A DNA stretch of 64,000 nt from Phaeosaccion multiseriatum (taxonomy: Eukaryota > Protista > Ochrophyta, other classes): assembly GCA_965112735.1 (NCBI GenBank), contig OZ218965.1, positions 1,178,001 through 1,242,000 of the forward strand. Direction: 5' to 3'. Shown piece by piece: positions 1-11,291 of this stretch (the first letter of the stretch is position 1; every line of letters starts with the position of its first letter). The notes beneath the pieces were generated by a model. It was not told the origin of the DNA, made no database searches, and was given only the letters and a program-made list of their open reading frames with translations. Position numbers and translations under genes: made by a program.

Positions 1-916
1 TCCCTGCCCCTTTCCCCGCCTCTGCCTGCCCCCTCTTGCCCCCACCCCACAGCCCGTCGCCCAGACCGACCCAGCCCCCTTTGGCTGCTCCACTCGAGCA
101 AGACGGTGGTGCTTCAGGGATGATGCAAGCACGGGGTACACACGTCAGATGGGGGCAGCGCGGGCGGGGCCGCTGAGCGAAGCCGCAGAGGAGATGAAGA
201 AGGACGGGAGGGGGAAGGAGGAGGCGGAGAGGAAGAGGAATGAGGTCCAGGATGAGACTGAGGCGGAGGGGGGACAGAAGGGGAAGGCAGTCTGTTTGAT
301 AGGGGTGTAATTTTTGCAAAGTGGAGTTGAGGTGTTCCTTCTACTGTGAGTGTGAATGGTGGTGCTGCCCCACTATTGCTATTGCATGCGCTCCTCCAGA
401 GCATTTGGAGTGGAGCAGGGCAGAGCATTGCGGCCCTGGCTTAGGGGAAGGCGCCCACCCGCCCGTGCAGCAGCGATGCAAGCGGAATGGGCCAGGACTG
501 GTGGGGGCATGCGTGATCAGGGTTCAGGCAATGAAGAGCTCACACAATAGACTTCCTGCTTGGCGCTCTCCGCGGGGGGTTGAATAAGGGCAGCAGTAGA
601 AGATGAGAAAGGGGGAGGGCGTTTCAAATATGTCATTGGAGAGGGGTGCGTGGCACTGCCGTTTCGCGGCGAGAGGCGTGTGAGGCTCTTCTCAGAGTTT
701 CGGAGAAAGGAAGCCGGTGCTAGGCCCAAAGTCGACATATCTATCTATACATGCGTTATGCTATGGTACGCACTGATTCGGCTGGAAGAAGAAGCACACT
801 TCTCACAAAGACATCCCAAAGAGAGAGGGGCTGAAGTGAAGCCCCTTTCTATGGCACCGTGTGCGAAACAGAACGATGCTTGACGCAGGAGGGGCCACGC
901 TGTCTGTCCTGGTCAC

Positions 917-2008
917 TCAGTCCTCGCAGTCGCAGGGGTGACCATTGGCGTGCACCCACTGCTTCATCTCCTCAAGGGCGGCAGAGGCAATATCCCATCT
1001 AAGATCGCCATATTCGTTTTTCACGACTTGTGGGCATGCCCTCCTATCCCAGGGACACATGACCTCCTCCGAGCGGAGCCACTTCAGGACAGAGAGGCTC
1101 TCACCGCCATAAACTGCTGCAGTAGTGACATATTCATCCCACGTGCACAGCTCCCGTGCGTTTGCATGCAGCCACTGCAGCACTTCCAGATTGCCTTGCT
1201 CGGCCGCCCAGAAAGCCCCCCACCTCCACCCGCTGTAGTTACCTGCCGCCTCCATCTTAGCTCTGACCTTGGGATGGTGCACAAGCATGTCCAACACGCT
1301 GAAATGCCCCGCCTGCACAGCCCCCTCCAACATATCAAATTGGGGAGGGCCCCCAAACTCGTCGGACAGCAGCCACGTAAGAACCTCCACATGGCCGCAC
1401 TTGCCAGCTTCGCGACAAGTAAGGCTCTGATCCCACGGGCACCGCTCCTTGTTGGGCAGGTCCTCCGCTCGCAGCCATTGGAGGATGCTCAGTGCGTGCT
1501 TTTCATTCCTCACCGCAACCATGCATATGGTCAAACCCCAGGTACACCCCATGCTGTGAAGAGCCTTGCAAATACGCAAGTCTCCGTACTGTGCCGCAGC
1601 CTCAAAAGTGTTCACACTCAGCTCATACCCGTACTTCCTGGCCCACCTCAAACGCTCCTCAGACTCAACCACACTCCTGATCCGGGTTGTCTTGGCCCAA
1701 TGAAGACGTCTGTAGTGCTCCTTCCACTCCTTGCTCACCGCCGCTACGAACAAGTCGTGCCCACCACCAGTCCACTCCATCACGCTACGGAGCATTACAG
1801 CCTGGGCCAGAGCCTCTTCACAAGCTTCGAAGGTCTGAGCATCGCTTCCCTCGCCTCCAGCAAGGGCAGCGGGACCGGGAGTAGGTGTTGAAGCGGCACC
1901 GGCACCACCGCTTCCATGCAAAGTCAGACATACTTCCCCTGCCGAGGAGTCGGTGGGTGGAGCTGGCTGGAGCCTTTTGCCGCCATGCTTTCGGCTCGGT
2001 CCGTCCAT
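917..2008 (-). CDS. Array gene A1: F-box-like N-terminal motif + ankyrin-type (CPW) repeats, 363 aa
   Basis: Uninterrupted ORF MDGPSRK...HPCDCED. F-box-like LRSVMEWTGGGHDLFVAAVSKEWKEHY. Repeats of the form AAxxGxLEVLxWL...CPWD. Confidence 0.9.
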   Translation of the reverse strand: MDGPSRKHGGKRLQPAPPTDSSAGEVCLTLHGSGGAGAASTPTPGPAALAGGEGSDAQTFEACEEALAQAVMLRSVMEWTGGGHDLFVAAVSKEWKEHYRRLHWAKTTRIRSVVESEERLRWARKYGYELSVNTFEAAAQYGDLRICKALHSMGCTWGLTICMVAVRNEKHALSILQWLRAEDLPNKERCPWDQSLTCREAGKCGHVEVLTWLLSDEFGGPPQFDMLEGAVQAGHFSVLDMLVHHPKVRAKMEAAGNYSGWRWGAFWAAEQGNLEVLQWLHANARELCTWDEYVTTAAVYGGESLSVLKWLRSEEVMCPWDRRACPQVVKNEYGDLRWDIASAALEEMKQWVHANGHPCDCED

Positions 2009-2611
2009 GTCTTCCGCGGTCCCACTCTAGATGACTGCTTGACACTTATGATGCGCGGTGCAGGGCAGGTGATGGGGGGGAAGAAGCCCTTTAGCTTTCC
2101 TCAGCGAAGCCTGGCATGACGAGAGAAGGGAAGGGGCAGGAGGAACGACAGGACGGAAATGACACGCGGTGTGAGGAAAAGGCGGCATCGGTACCTCCCC
2201 TGCTGTTGGGCCTTTGCCGACACCCCCCCCTGCCGAGACCCCCCCCCCGAAGAGCCGAAGAGTGTGGAGGGCAAGTTTACTTCAATGGAGTCGATCACCA
2301 TCTCCCCGCACGGCCTCGACTGCTCTAAGCCTCCTCCAGCCTGCACTCTTCAGCGCCACACTCCTACCTGCAGCTTGGTGGAAAATGGTGCGTGGAGAGT
2401 GAGTTGAGAGGGATACAAGGCAAGTTGGTCGTTCAGCGTCGGCCTGGTAGTCGAGCTCTGTGGTCGCCACACCACCCGAAGAGACGGAGCGAGCGCGGGG
2501 CCGGCGCAAACAAGGCCGCCATTGCTGCATGATGGCACAGAGAAGGTGGGGCCATTAGTCACTTCTTTGAAGCGCTGCAGATACTTTGGCGAAGTGGGCA
2601 ACACACACGCC
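2009..2611. promoter_or_regulatory. Putative bidirectional promoter/5'UTR region between A and B start codons (repeated in every unit)
   Basis: ~600 bp between divergent ATGs, conserved in all four units. Contains a candidate minus-strand GT..AG intron at 2111-2194 with a pyrimidine-rich acceptor. Confidence 0.55.
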
Positions 2612-3634
2612 ATGGCAGAGGCAGAGGATACCTCCAAGAGGCAGCGCCTGGGCACGGAGGAGGGTGTGACAAGTTATACCGCGGAGACTGCCGAGGGCGA
2701 AGGTGCTGTGCAGGAGACGTACGTGGCCAGTGCCAAGGCCCTGGGAATGGAGGAGGTCCTGCAGAAAATCATGCCGCTTGTGGGGAAGGGCCGCCACGTC
2801 TTCACCGCCACCGTATGTAGGGAATGGAAAGAGCACTACAGCATGGCCCACCCTTCAGCCGAGACTTCCCTTCCAAGCGTGGTGGAGTCTGTCAGGTGCT
2901 TGCAGTGGGCCAAGGAGAAATGTGGGTACGAGCTGAGTGTGGGCACTTTCCGAGCGGCGGCAGAGTACGGAGATGTGAGCGTGTGCGAGGAGCTGCTTCA
3001 CCGCATGCACTGCCCCTGGGCTACAATGGCCTGTAGGGCGGCTGTGAGGAATGCTAGGCATGGACTGCGTATTCTCAAGTGGCTGCGATCCGAGGACCTC
3101 CCCAACAAGGAGCAAGGTCCTTGGTCACAGGATTGGGTCGGGGACGAAGCTGGCTGGTGCGGCAATGTGGAGGTTCTTACGTGGCTGCTGTCCGACGAGT
3201 TTGAGGGCCCTCCTCAATGCATTATGTGGGTGGGGGCTGTGCGGGCGGGGCGCATTCGCGTGTTGGACATGCTTGTGCACCATCCGAAGGTCAGAGCTGA
3301 GATGGAGGCGGCAGGGGACCTCAGCGGGTGGAGGAATGGGGCTAAATGGGCGGCCGAGGAAGGCAATCTGGAAGTGCTGCAGTGGCTGCATGCAAACGCA
3401 CGGGAGCTGTGCAGGTAGGATGAATATGTCTGTTATGAAGCAGTTTATAGCGGTAAGAGCCTCTCTGTCCTGAAATGGCTCCGCTCGGAGGAGGTCATGT
3501 GTCCCTGGAACGAGTCGGCCTGCCCACAGTACTTTGAAGGAGTGATTCATGGATGGGATATGCCCCCTGCCGCCTTTGAGGAGATGAAGCAGTGGGTGCA
3601 CGACAATGGTAACCCCTGCGACCTCGGGGACTGA
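2612..3634 (+). pseudogene. Array gene B1, ankyrin-type repeat protein with premature stop
   Basis: Colinear with B2 (both 1023 nt), but the conserved TGG (RW DE) is TAG at 3416-3418. The downstream frame is intact to TGA at 3632-3634. Confidence 0.85.
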
Positions 3635-4756
3635 CTGGCAGGAAGCGTTTCGAGACGGAGGCAGGACGGGTAGGAAGGGAGGCGGCCCTGAGAAGGCGGC
3701 GACAGCCTCTTCGAATAGGGGGGGCAACAAGTCGAGGTGAGCGGGGCGGATGGGAGTGCTCTCTGGCTTGGCGGTGCTTTTGAGGTTACCGAATGCCTGT
3801 CTGCAGCTCCTCCTGCTGCTATCTGTTCTCTGATCCTCTTCCCTGCCCCTTTCCCCGCCTCTGCCTGCCCCCTCTTGCCCCCACCCCACAGCCCGTCGCC
3901 CAGACCGACCCAGCCCCCTTTGGCTGCTCCACTCGAGCAAGACGGTGGTGCTTCAGGGATGATGCAAGCACGGGGTACACACGTCAGATGGGGGCAGCGC
4001 GGGCGGGGCAGCTGAGCGAAGCCGCTGAGGAGATGAAGAAGGACAGGAGGGGGAAGGAGGAGGCGGAGAGGAAGAGGAATGAGGTCCAGGGTAAGACTGG
4101 GGTGGAGGGGGGACAGAAGAGGAAGGCAGTCTGTATGATAGGGGTGTTATTTTTGCAAAGTGGAGTTGAGGTGTTCCTTCTACTGTGAGTGTGAGTGGTG
4201 GTGCTGCCCCACTATTGCTATTGCATGCGCTCCTCCAGAGCGTTTGGGAGTGGAACAGGGCAGAGCATTGCGGCCCTGGCTTTGGGGAAGGCGCCCACCC
4301 GCCCGTGCAGAGCAGCGATGCAAGCGGAATGGGCCAGGCCTTGTGAGGGCATGCGTGATTAGGGTTAAGGCAATGAAGAGCTCACACCATAGACTTCCTG
4401 CTTGGCGCTCTCCGCGGGGGGTTGAGGAAAGCAACGCAGTAAGGAAGGGGAGGAGGAGGAGGAGGAGAGGGCGATCCAAAGCCATTGGCTGATATCAGTG
4501 CAAGTACTGCCGTTACGCGGCGAGAGGCGTGTGAGGCTCTTCTCAGCGTTTCGGAGAAAGGAAGCCGGTGCTAGACCCAAAGTCGACATATCTATCTATA
4601 CATTCGTTATGCTACGGTATGCACTGATTCGGCTGGGAGAAGAAGCACACTTCTCACAAAGAGAGACGGGCTGAAGTGAAGCCCCTTTCTATGGCACCGT
4701 GTGCGAAACAAGACGGTGCTTGACGCAGGAGGGGCCACGCCGTCTGCCGCGGTCAC

Positions 4757-5845
4757 TCAGTCCTCGCACTCGCAGGGGTGACCATTGGCGTGCACCCACT
4801 GCTTCATCTCCTCAAAGGCGGCAGGGGGCATATCCCAGTAATCATCTAATCCGTCTTGAAGGTACTGTGGGCATGCCGACTCGTCCCAGGGACACATGAC
4901 CTCCTCCGAGCGGAGCCACTTCAGGACAGAGAGGCTCCCACCCCTACAAACTGCTTCACAAGAGACATATTCATCCCACCTGCACAGCTCCCGTGCGTTT
5001 GCATGGAGCCACTGCAGCACTTCCAGATTGCCTTCCTCGGCCGCCCATTTAGCCCCATTCCTCCACCCGCTGAGGTCCCCTGCCGCCTCCATCTCAACTC
5101 TGACCTTGGGATGGTGCACAAGCATGTCCAACACGCGAATGCGCCCCGCCTGCACAGCCCCCTCCCACATATAATATTGAGGAGGGCCCTCAAACTCGTC
5201 GGACAGCAGCCACGTAAGAACCTCCACATGGCCGCACTTGCCAGCTTCGCCACAAATGAAGTGCTGGGCCCACGGGCACTGCTCCTTGTTGGGCAGGTCC
5301 TCCGCTCGCAGCCATTGGAGGATGCTCAGTGCATGCCTTTCATTCCTCACCGCAACTATGCATACGGTCAAACCCCAGGCACACCCCATGCTGTGAAGAG
5401 CCTTGCAAATACGCAAGTCTCCGTACTGTGCCGCAGCCTCAAAAGTCTTCACACTCAGCTCATACCCGTACTTCCTGGCCCACCTCAAACACTCCTCAGA
5501 CTCAACCACACTCCTGATCCGGGTTGTCTTGGCCGGATGAAGACGTCTGTAGTGCTCCTTCCACTCCTTGCTCACCGCCGCTACGAACAAGTGGTGGCCC
5601 CCACCAGTCCACTCCATCACGCTACTGAGCATTACAGCCTGGGCCAGAGCCTCTTCACAAGCTTCGAAGGTCTGAGTATCGCTTCCCTCGCCTCCAGCAA
5701 GGGCAGCGGGACCGGGAGAAGCCGCCACAGCGGCACCGGCACCACCGCCTCCATGCAAAGTCAGACATACTTCCCCTGCCGAGGAGTCGGTGGGTGGAGC
5801 TGGCTGGAGCGTTTTGCCGCCATGCTTTCGGCTCGGTCCGTCCAT
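4757..5845 (-). CDS. Array gene A2: F-box-like + ankyrin-type repeats, 362 aa
   Basis: ATG (CAT 5843-5845) MDGPSRK; paralogous to A1; intact ORF. Confidence 0.9.
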   Translation of the reverse strand: MDGPSRKHGGKTLQPAPPTDSSAGEVCLTLHGGGGAGAAVAASPGPAALAGGEGSDTQTFEACEEALAQAVMLSSVMEWTGGGHHLFVAAVSKEWKEHYRRLHPAKTTRIRSVVESEECLRWARKYGYELSVKTFEAAAQYGDLRICKALHSMGCAWGLTVCIVAVRNERHALSILQWLRAEDLPNKEQCPWAQHFICGEAGKCGHVEVLTWLLSDEFEGPPQYYMWEGAVQAGRIRVLDMLVHHPKVRVEMEAAGDLSGWRNGAKWAAEEGNLEVLQWLHANARELCRWDEYVSCEAVCRGGSLSVLKWLRSEEVMCPWDESACPQYLQDGLDDYWDMPPAAFEEMKQWVHANGHPCECED

Positions 5846-6442
5846 GTCTTCTGCGGTCCCACTCTGGATGACTGCTTGGCACTTATGATGTGTCGCGCTG
5901 GGCAGGTGATGGGGGGGAAGAAGCCCTTTAGCTTTCCTCAGCGAAGCCTGGTACGACGAGAGAAGGGAAGGGGGAGGGGGAAAGACAGGACGGAAATGAC
6001 ACGCAGTGTGAGGAAAAGGCGGCATCGATAACCCCCCTGCTGTTGGGCCTTTGCCGAGACCCCCCCCCGGAAGAGCCGAAGCGTGTGGAGGGCAAGTTTA
6101 CTTCGATGGAGTCGATCACCATCTCCCCGCACGGTCTCGACTGCTCCAAGCCTCCTCCAGCCTGCACTCTTCAGCGCCACACTCCTACCTGCTGCTTGGT
6201 CGAAGAGGAACGGAGGTGGTGCGTGGAGAGTGAGTTGAGAGGGATACAAGGCAAGTTGGTCGTTCAGCGTCGGCCTGGTAGTCGAGCTCTGTGGTCGCCA
6301 CACCACCCGAAGAGACGGAGCGAGCGCGGGGCCGGCGCAAACAAGGCCGCCATTGCTGCATGATGGCACAGAGAAGGTGGGGCCATTAGTCACTTCTTTG
6401 AAGCGCTGCAGATACTCTGGCGAAGTGGGCAACACACACGCC

Positions 6443-7465
6443 ATGGCAGAGGCAGAGGATGCCTCCAAGAGGCAGCGCCTGGGCACGGAGGAAGGTGTGA
6501 CAAGTTATACCGCGGAGACTGCCGAGGGCGAAGGTGCTGTGCAGGAGACGTACGTGGCCAGTGCCAAGGCCCTGGGAATGGAGGAGGTCCTGCAGAAAAT
6601 CATGCCCCTTGTGGGGAAGGGCCGCCACGTCTTCACCGCCACGGTATGTAGGGAATGGAAAGAGCACTACAGCGTGGCCCACCCTTCAGCCGAGACTTCC
6701 CTTCCAAGCGTGGTGGAGTCTGTCAGGTGCTTGCAGTGGGCCAAGGAGAAATGTGGGTACGAGCTGAGTGTGGGCACTTTCAGAGCGGCGGCAGAGTACG
6801 GAGATGTGAGCGTGTGCGAGGAGCTGCTTCACCGCATGCACTGCCCCTGGGATACAACGGTCTGTAGGGTGGCTGTGAGGAATGCTAGGCATGGACTGCG
6901 TATTCTCAAGTGGCTGCGATCCGAGGACCTCCCCAACAAGGAGCAAGGTCCTTGGTCACAGGATGACGTCGGGGACGAAGCTGGCGAGTGCGGCAATGTC
7001 GAGGTTCTTACGTGGCTGCTGTCCGACGAGTTTGAGGGCCCTCTTGAATTCATTTTGTGGGAGGACGCTGTAAAGGCGGGGCGCATTCTCGCGTTGGACA
7101 TGCTTGTGCACCATCCCAAGGTCAGAGCTGAGATGGAGGCGGCTGAGGGGGACAGCGAGTGGTGGGACGGGGCTATATGGGCGGCCGCGGAAGGCAATCT
7201 GGAAGTGCTGCAGTGGCTGCATGCAAACGCACGGGAGCTGTGCAGGTGGGATGAAGGTGTCTCTAGTGCAGCAGTTTATGGCGGTATGAGCCTCTCTGTC
7301 CTGAAATGGCTCCGCTCGGAGGAGGTCATGTGTCCCTGGAACGAGTCGGCCTGCCCACAGTACTTTGAAGGAGTGATTCATGGATGGGATATGCCCCCTG
7401 CCGCCTTTGAGGAGATGAAGCAGTGGGTGCACGACAATGGTAACCCCTGCGACCTCGGGGACTGA
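6443..7465 (+). CDS. Array gene B2: F-box-like + ankyrin-type repeats, 340 aa
   Basis: ATG MAEAEDASKRQR. F-box-like MEEVLQKIMPLVGKGRHVFTATVCREWKEHY. AAxxGNLEVLQWL and CPW repeats. Confidence 0.9.
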   Translation: MAEAEDASKRQRLGTEEGVTSYTAETAEGEGAVQETYVASAKALGMEEVLQKIMPLVGKGRHVFTATVCREWKEHYSVAHPSAETSLPSVVESVRCLQWAKEKCGYELSVGTFRAAAEYGDVSVCEELLHRMHCPWDTTVCRVAVRNARHGLRILKWLRSEDLPNKEQGPWSQDDVGDEAGECGNVEVLTWLLSDEFEGPLEFILWEDAVKAGRILALDMLVHHPKVRAEMEAAEGDSEWWDGAIWAAAEGNLEVLQWLHANARELCRWDEGVSSAAVYGGMSLSVLKWLRSEEVMCPWNESACPQYFEGVIHGWDMPPAAFEEMKQWVHDNGNPCDLGD

Positions 7466-8581
7466 CTGGCAGGAAGCGTTTCGAGACGGAGGCAGGACGG
7501 GTAGGAAGGGAGGCGGCCCTGAGAAGGCGGCGACAGCCTCTTCGAATAGGGGGGGCAACAAGTCGAGGTGAGCGGGGCAGATGGGAGTGCTCTCTGGCTT
7601 GGCGGTGCTTTTGAGGTTACCGAATGCCCATCTGTTGCTTGTTCTGGTGCTACCTGTTCTCTGATCCTCTTCACTGCCCCCTTCCCCGCCTCTGCCTGCC
7701 CCCTCTTTCCCCCACCCCACAGCCCGTCACCCAGACCGACCCAGCCCCCTTTGGCTGCTCCACTCGAGCAAGACGGTGGTGCTTCAGGGATGATGCAAGC
7801 ACGGGGTACACACGTCAGATGGGGGCAGCGCGGGCGGGGCAGCTGAGCGAAGCCGCTGAGGAGATGAAGAAGGACAGGAGGGGGAAGGAGGAGGCGGAGA
7901 GGAAGAGGAATGAGGTCCTGGATAAGAATGAGGCGGAGGGGGGACAGAAGGGGAAGGCTGTCTGTATGATAGGGGTGTTGTTTTTGCAAAGTGGAGTTGA
8001 GGTGTTCCTTCTACTGTGAGTGTGAATGTTGGTGCTGCCCCACTATTGCTATTGCATGCGCTCCTCCAGAGCGTTTGGGAGTGGAGCAGGGCAGAGCGTT
8101 GCGGCCCTGGCTTAGGGGAAGGCGCCCACCCACCCGTGCAGAGCAGCGAGGCAAGCGGAATGGGCCAGGCCTTGTGGGGGCATGCGTGATTAGGGTTAAG
8201 GCAATGAAGAGCTCACACAATAGACTTCCTGCTTGGCGCTCTCCGCGGGGGGTTGAGGAAAGCAACGCAGTAAGGAAGGGGAGGAGGAGGAGAGGGCGAT
8301 CCAAAGCCATTGGCTGACATCAGTGCAAGTACTGCCGTTACGCGGCGAGAGGCGTGTGAGGCTCTTCTCAGCGTTTCGGAGAAAGGAAGCCGGTGCTAGG
8401 CCCAAAGTCGACATATCTATCTATACATGCGTTATGCTATGGTACGCACTGATTCGGCTGGAAGAAGAAGCACACTTCTTACAAAGAGAGACGGGCTGAA
8501 GTGAAGCCCCTTTCTATGGCACCGTGTGCGAAACAAGACGGTGCTTTACCCAGGAGGGGCCGCGATGTCTGCCCTGGTCAC

Positions 8582-9673
8582 TCAGTCCTCGCACTCGCAG
8601 GGGTGACCATTGGCGTGCACCCACTGCTTCATCTCCTCAAAGGCGGCAGGGGGCATATCCCATACTCTTGCGCCATGTGCGTTTTTCACGACTTGTGGGC
8701 ATGCGCACTCGTCCCAGGGACACATGACCTCCTCCGAGCGGAGCCACTTCAGGACAGAGAGGCTCCCACCCCTACAAACTGCTTCACAAGAGACATATTC
8801 ATCCCACCTGCACAGCTCCCGTGCGTTTGCATGGAGCCACTGCAGCACTTCCAGATTGCCTTCCTCGGCCGCCCAGACAGCCCCATTCCTCCACCCGCTG
8901 TAGTTACCTGCCGCCTCCATCTCAGCTCTGACCTTCGGATGGTGCACAAGCATGTCCAACACGCGAATGCGGCCCGCTCGCACAGCCCCCACCCACATAC
9001 AGGCTTCAGGAGGGCCCTCAAACTCGTCGGACAGCAGCCACGTAAGAACCTCCACATGGCCGCACTTGCCAGCTTTGCCACAAATCAGGGTATGATCCCA
9101 CGGGGACCGCTCCTTGTTGGGCAGGTCCTCCGCTCGCAGCCATTGGAGGATGCTCAGTGCGTGCCTTTCATTCCTCACCGCAGCTATGCATACGGCCCAA
9201 CCCCAGGCACACCCCATGCTGTGAAGAGCCTTGCAAATACGCAAGTCTCCGTACTGTGCCGCAGCCTCAAAAGTCTTCACACTCAGCTCATACCCGTACT
9301 TCCTGGCCCACCTCAAACGCTCCTCAGACTCAACTACACTCCTGATCCGGGTTGTCTTGGCCGGATGAAGACGTCTGTAGTGCTCCTCCCACTCCTTGCT
9401 CACCGCCGCTACGAACAAGTCGTGGCCACCACCAGTCCACTCCATCACGCTACTGAGCAAGACAGCCTGGGCCAGAGCCTCTTCACAAGCTTCGAAGGTC
9501 TGAGTATCGCTTCCCTCGCCTCCAGCAAGGGCAGCGGGACCGGGAGAAGCCGCCACAGCGGCACCGGCACCACCGCCTCCATGCAAAGTCAGACATACTT
9601 CCCCTGCCGAGGAGTCGGTGGGTGGAGCTGGCTGGAGCCTTTTGCCGCCATGCTTTCGGCTCGGTCCGTCCAT
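8582..9673 (-). CDS. Array gene A3: F-box-like + ankyrin-type repeats, 363 aa
   Basis: Intact ORF paralogous to A1/A2. Confidence 0.9.
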   Translation of the reverse strand: MDGPSRKHGGKRLQPAPPTDSSAGEVCLTLHGGGGAGAAVAASPGPAALAGGEGSDTQTFEACEEALAQAVLLSSVMEWTGGGHDLFVAAVSKEWEEHYRRLHPAKTTRIRSVVESEERLRWARKYGYELSVKTFEAAAQYGDLRICKALHSMGCAWGWAVCIAAVRNERHALSILQWLRAEDLPNKERSPWDHTLICGKAGKCGHVEVLTWLLSDEFEGPPEACMWVGAVRAGRIRVLDMLVHHPKVRAEMEAAGNYSGWRNGAVWAAEEGNLEVLQWLHANARELCRWDEYVSCEAVCRGGSLSVLKWLRSEEVMCPWDECACPQVVKNAHGARVWDMPPAAFEEMKQWVHANGHPCECED

Positions 9674-10265
9674 GTCTTCCGCGGTCCCACTCTAGATGAC
9701 TGCTTGACACTTATGATGTGCGGTGAGGGGCAGGTGATGGGGGGGAAGAAGCCCTTTAGCTTTCCTCAGCGAAGCCTGGTACGACGAGAGAAAGGAAGGG
9801 GGAGGGGGATTGACAGGAGGAAATGACACGCAGTGTGAGGAAAAGGCGGCATCGGTACCTCCCCTGCTGTTGGGCCTTTGCCGAGACTCCCCCCCCGAAG
9901 AGCCGAAGAGTGTGGAGGGCAAGTTTACTTCGATGGAGTCGATCACCATCTCCCCGCACGGCCTCGACTGCTCTAAGCCTCCTCCAGCCTGCACTCTTCA
10001 GTGCCACACTCCTACCTGCTGCTTGGTCGAAGAGGAACGGAGGTGGTGCGTGGAGAGTGAGTTGAGAGGGATACAAGGCAAGTTGGTCGTTCAGCGTCGG
10101 CCTGGTAGTCGAGCTCTGTAGTCGCCACACGACCCGAAGAGACGGAGCGCGGGGCCGGCGCAAACAAGGCCGCCATTGCTGCATGATGGCACAGAGAAGG
10201 TGGGGCCATTAGTCATTTCTTTGAAGCGCTGCAGATACTCTGGCGAAGTGGGCAACACACACGCC

Positions 10266-11291
10266 ATGGCAGAGGCAGAGGATGCCTCCAAGAGTCAGCG
10301 CCTGGGCACGGAGGAGGGTGTGACAAGTTATACCGCGGAGACTGCCGAGGGCGAAGGTGCTGTGCAGGAGACGTACGTGGCCAGTGCCAAGGCCCTGGGA
10401 ATGGAGGAGGTCCTGCAGAAAATCATGCCGCTTGTGGGGAAGGGCCGCCACGTCTTCACCGCCACCGTATGTAGGGAATGGAAAGAGCACTACAGCATGG
10501 CCCACCCTTCAGCCGAGACTTCCCTTCCAAGCGTGGTGGAGTCTGTCAGGTGCTTGCAGTGGGCCAAGGAGAAATGTGGGTACGAGCTGAGTGTGGGCAC
10601 TTCCAGAGCGGCGGCAGAGTACGGAGATGTGAGCGTGTGCGAGGAGCTGCTTCACCGCTTGCACTGCCCCTGGGATACAATGGCCTGTAGGGCGGCTGTG
10701 AGGAATACTAGGCATGGACTGCGTATTCTCAAGTGGCTGCGATCCGAGGACCTCCCCAACAAGGAGCAAGGTCCTTGGTCACAGTATAACGTCGGGGACG
10801 AAGCTGGCTGGTGCGGCAATGTGGAGGTTCTTACGTGGCTGCTGTCCGACGAGTTTGAGGGCCCTCCTCAATGCATTATGTGGGTGGGGGCTGTGCGGGC
10901 GGGGCGCATTCGCGCGTTGGACATGCTTGTGCACCATCCGAAGTTCAGAGCAGAGATGGAGGCGGCAGGGGACCTCAGCGGGTGGAGGAATGGGGCTATA
11001 TGGGCGGCCGAGCACGGCAATCTGGAAGTGCTGCAGTGGCTGCATGCAAACGCACGGGAGCTGTGCAGGTGGGATGAAGATGTCTGTTATGAAGCAGTTT
11101 TACGCGGGAAGAGCCTCCCTGTCCTGAAATGGCTCCGCTCGGAGGAGGTCATGTGTCCCTGGGACGAGTCGGCATGCCCACAGTTCCATGAAGACGAAGA
11201 TGGTGATGACTGGGTTATGCCCCCTGCCGCCTTTGAGGAGATGAAGCAGTGGGTGCACGACAATGGTCACCCCTGCGAGTGCGAGGACTGA
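10266..11291 (+). CDS. Array gene B3: F-box-like + ankyrin-type repeats, 341 aa
   Basis: Intact ORF from MAEAED; ends with the A-type tail HPCECED. Confidence 0.9.
   Translation: MAEAEDASKSQRLGTEEGVTSYTAETAEGEGAVQETYVASAKALGMEEVLQKIMPLVGKGRHVFTATVCREWKEHYSMAHPSAETSLPSVVESVRCLQWAKEKCGYELSVGTSRAAAEYGDVSVCEELLHRLHCPWDTMACRAAVRNTRHGLRILKWLRSEDLPNKEQGPWSQYNVGDEAGWCGNVEVLTWLLSDEFEGPPQCIMWVGAVRAGRIRALDMLVHHPKFRAEMEAAGDLSGWRNGAIWAAEHGNLEVLQWLHANARELCRWDEDVCYEAVLRGKSLPVLKWLRSEEVMCPWDESACPQFHEDEDGDDWVMPPAAFEEMKQWVHDNGHPCECED

Noticed and set aside
3793-4188. Spacer ORF with EEMKKDRRGKEEAERKRNE
   Set aside because: Purine-rich low complexity, variable ends between units, no domain recognised.
938-9826. 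Long antisense ORFs over array genes (938-1891, 4856-6031, 8501-9826)
   Set aside because: Shadow ORFs of GC-rich coding strands; broken in unit 4 (stop at 12895-12897); no recognisable motifs.
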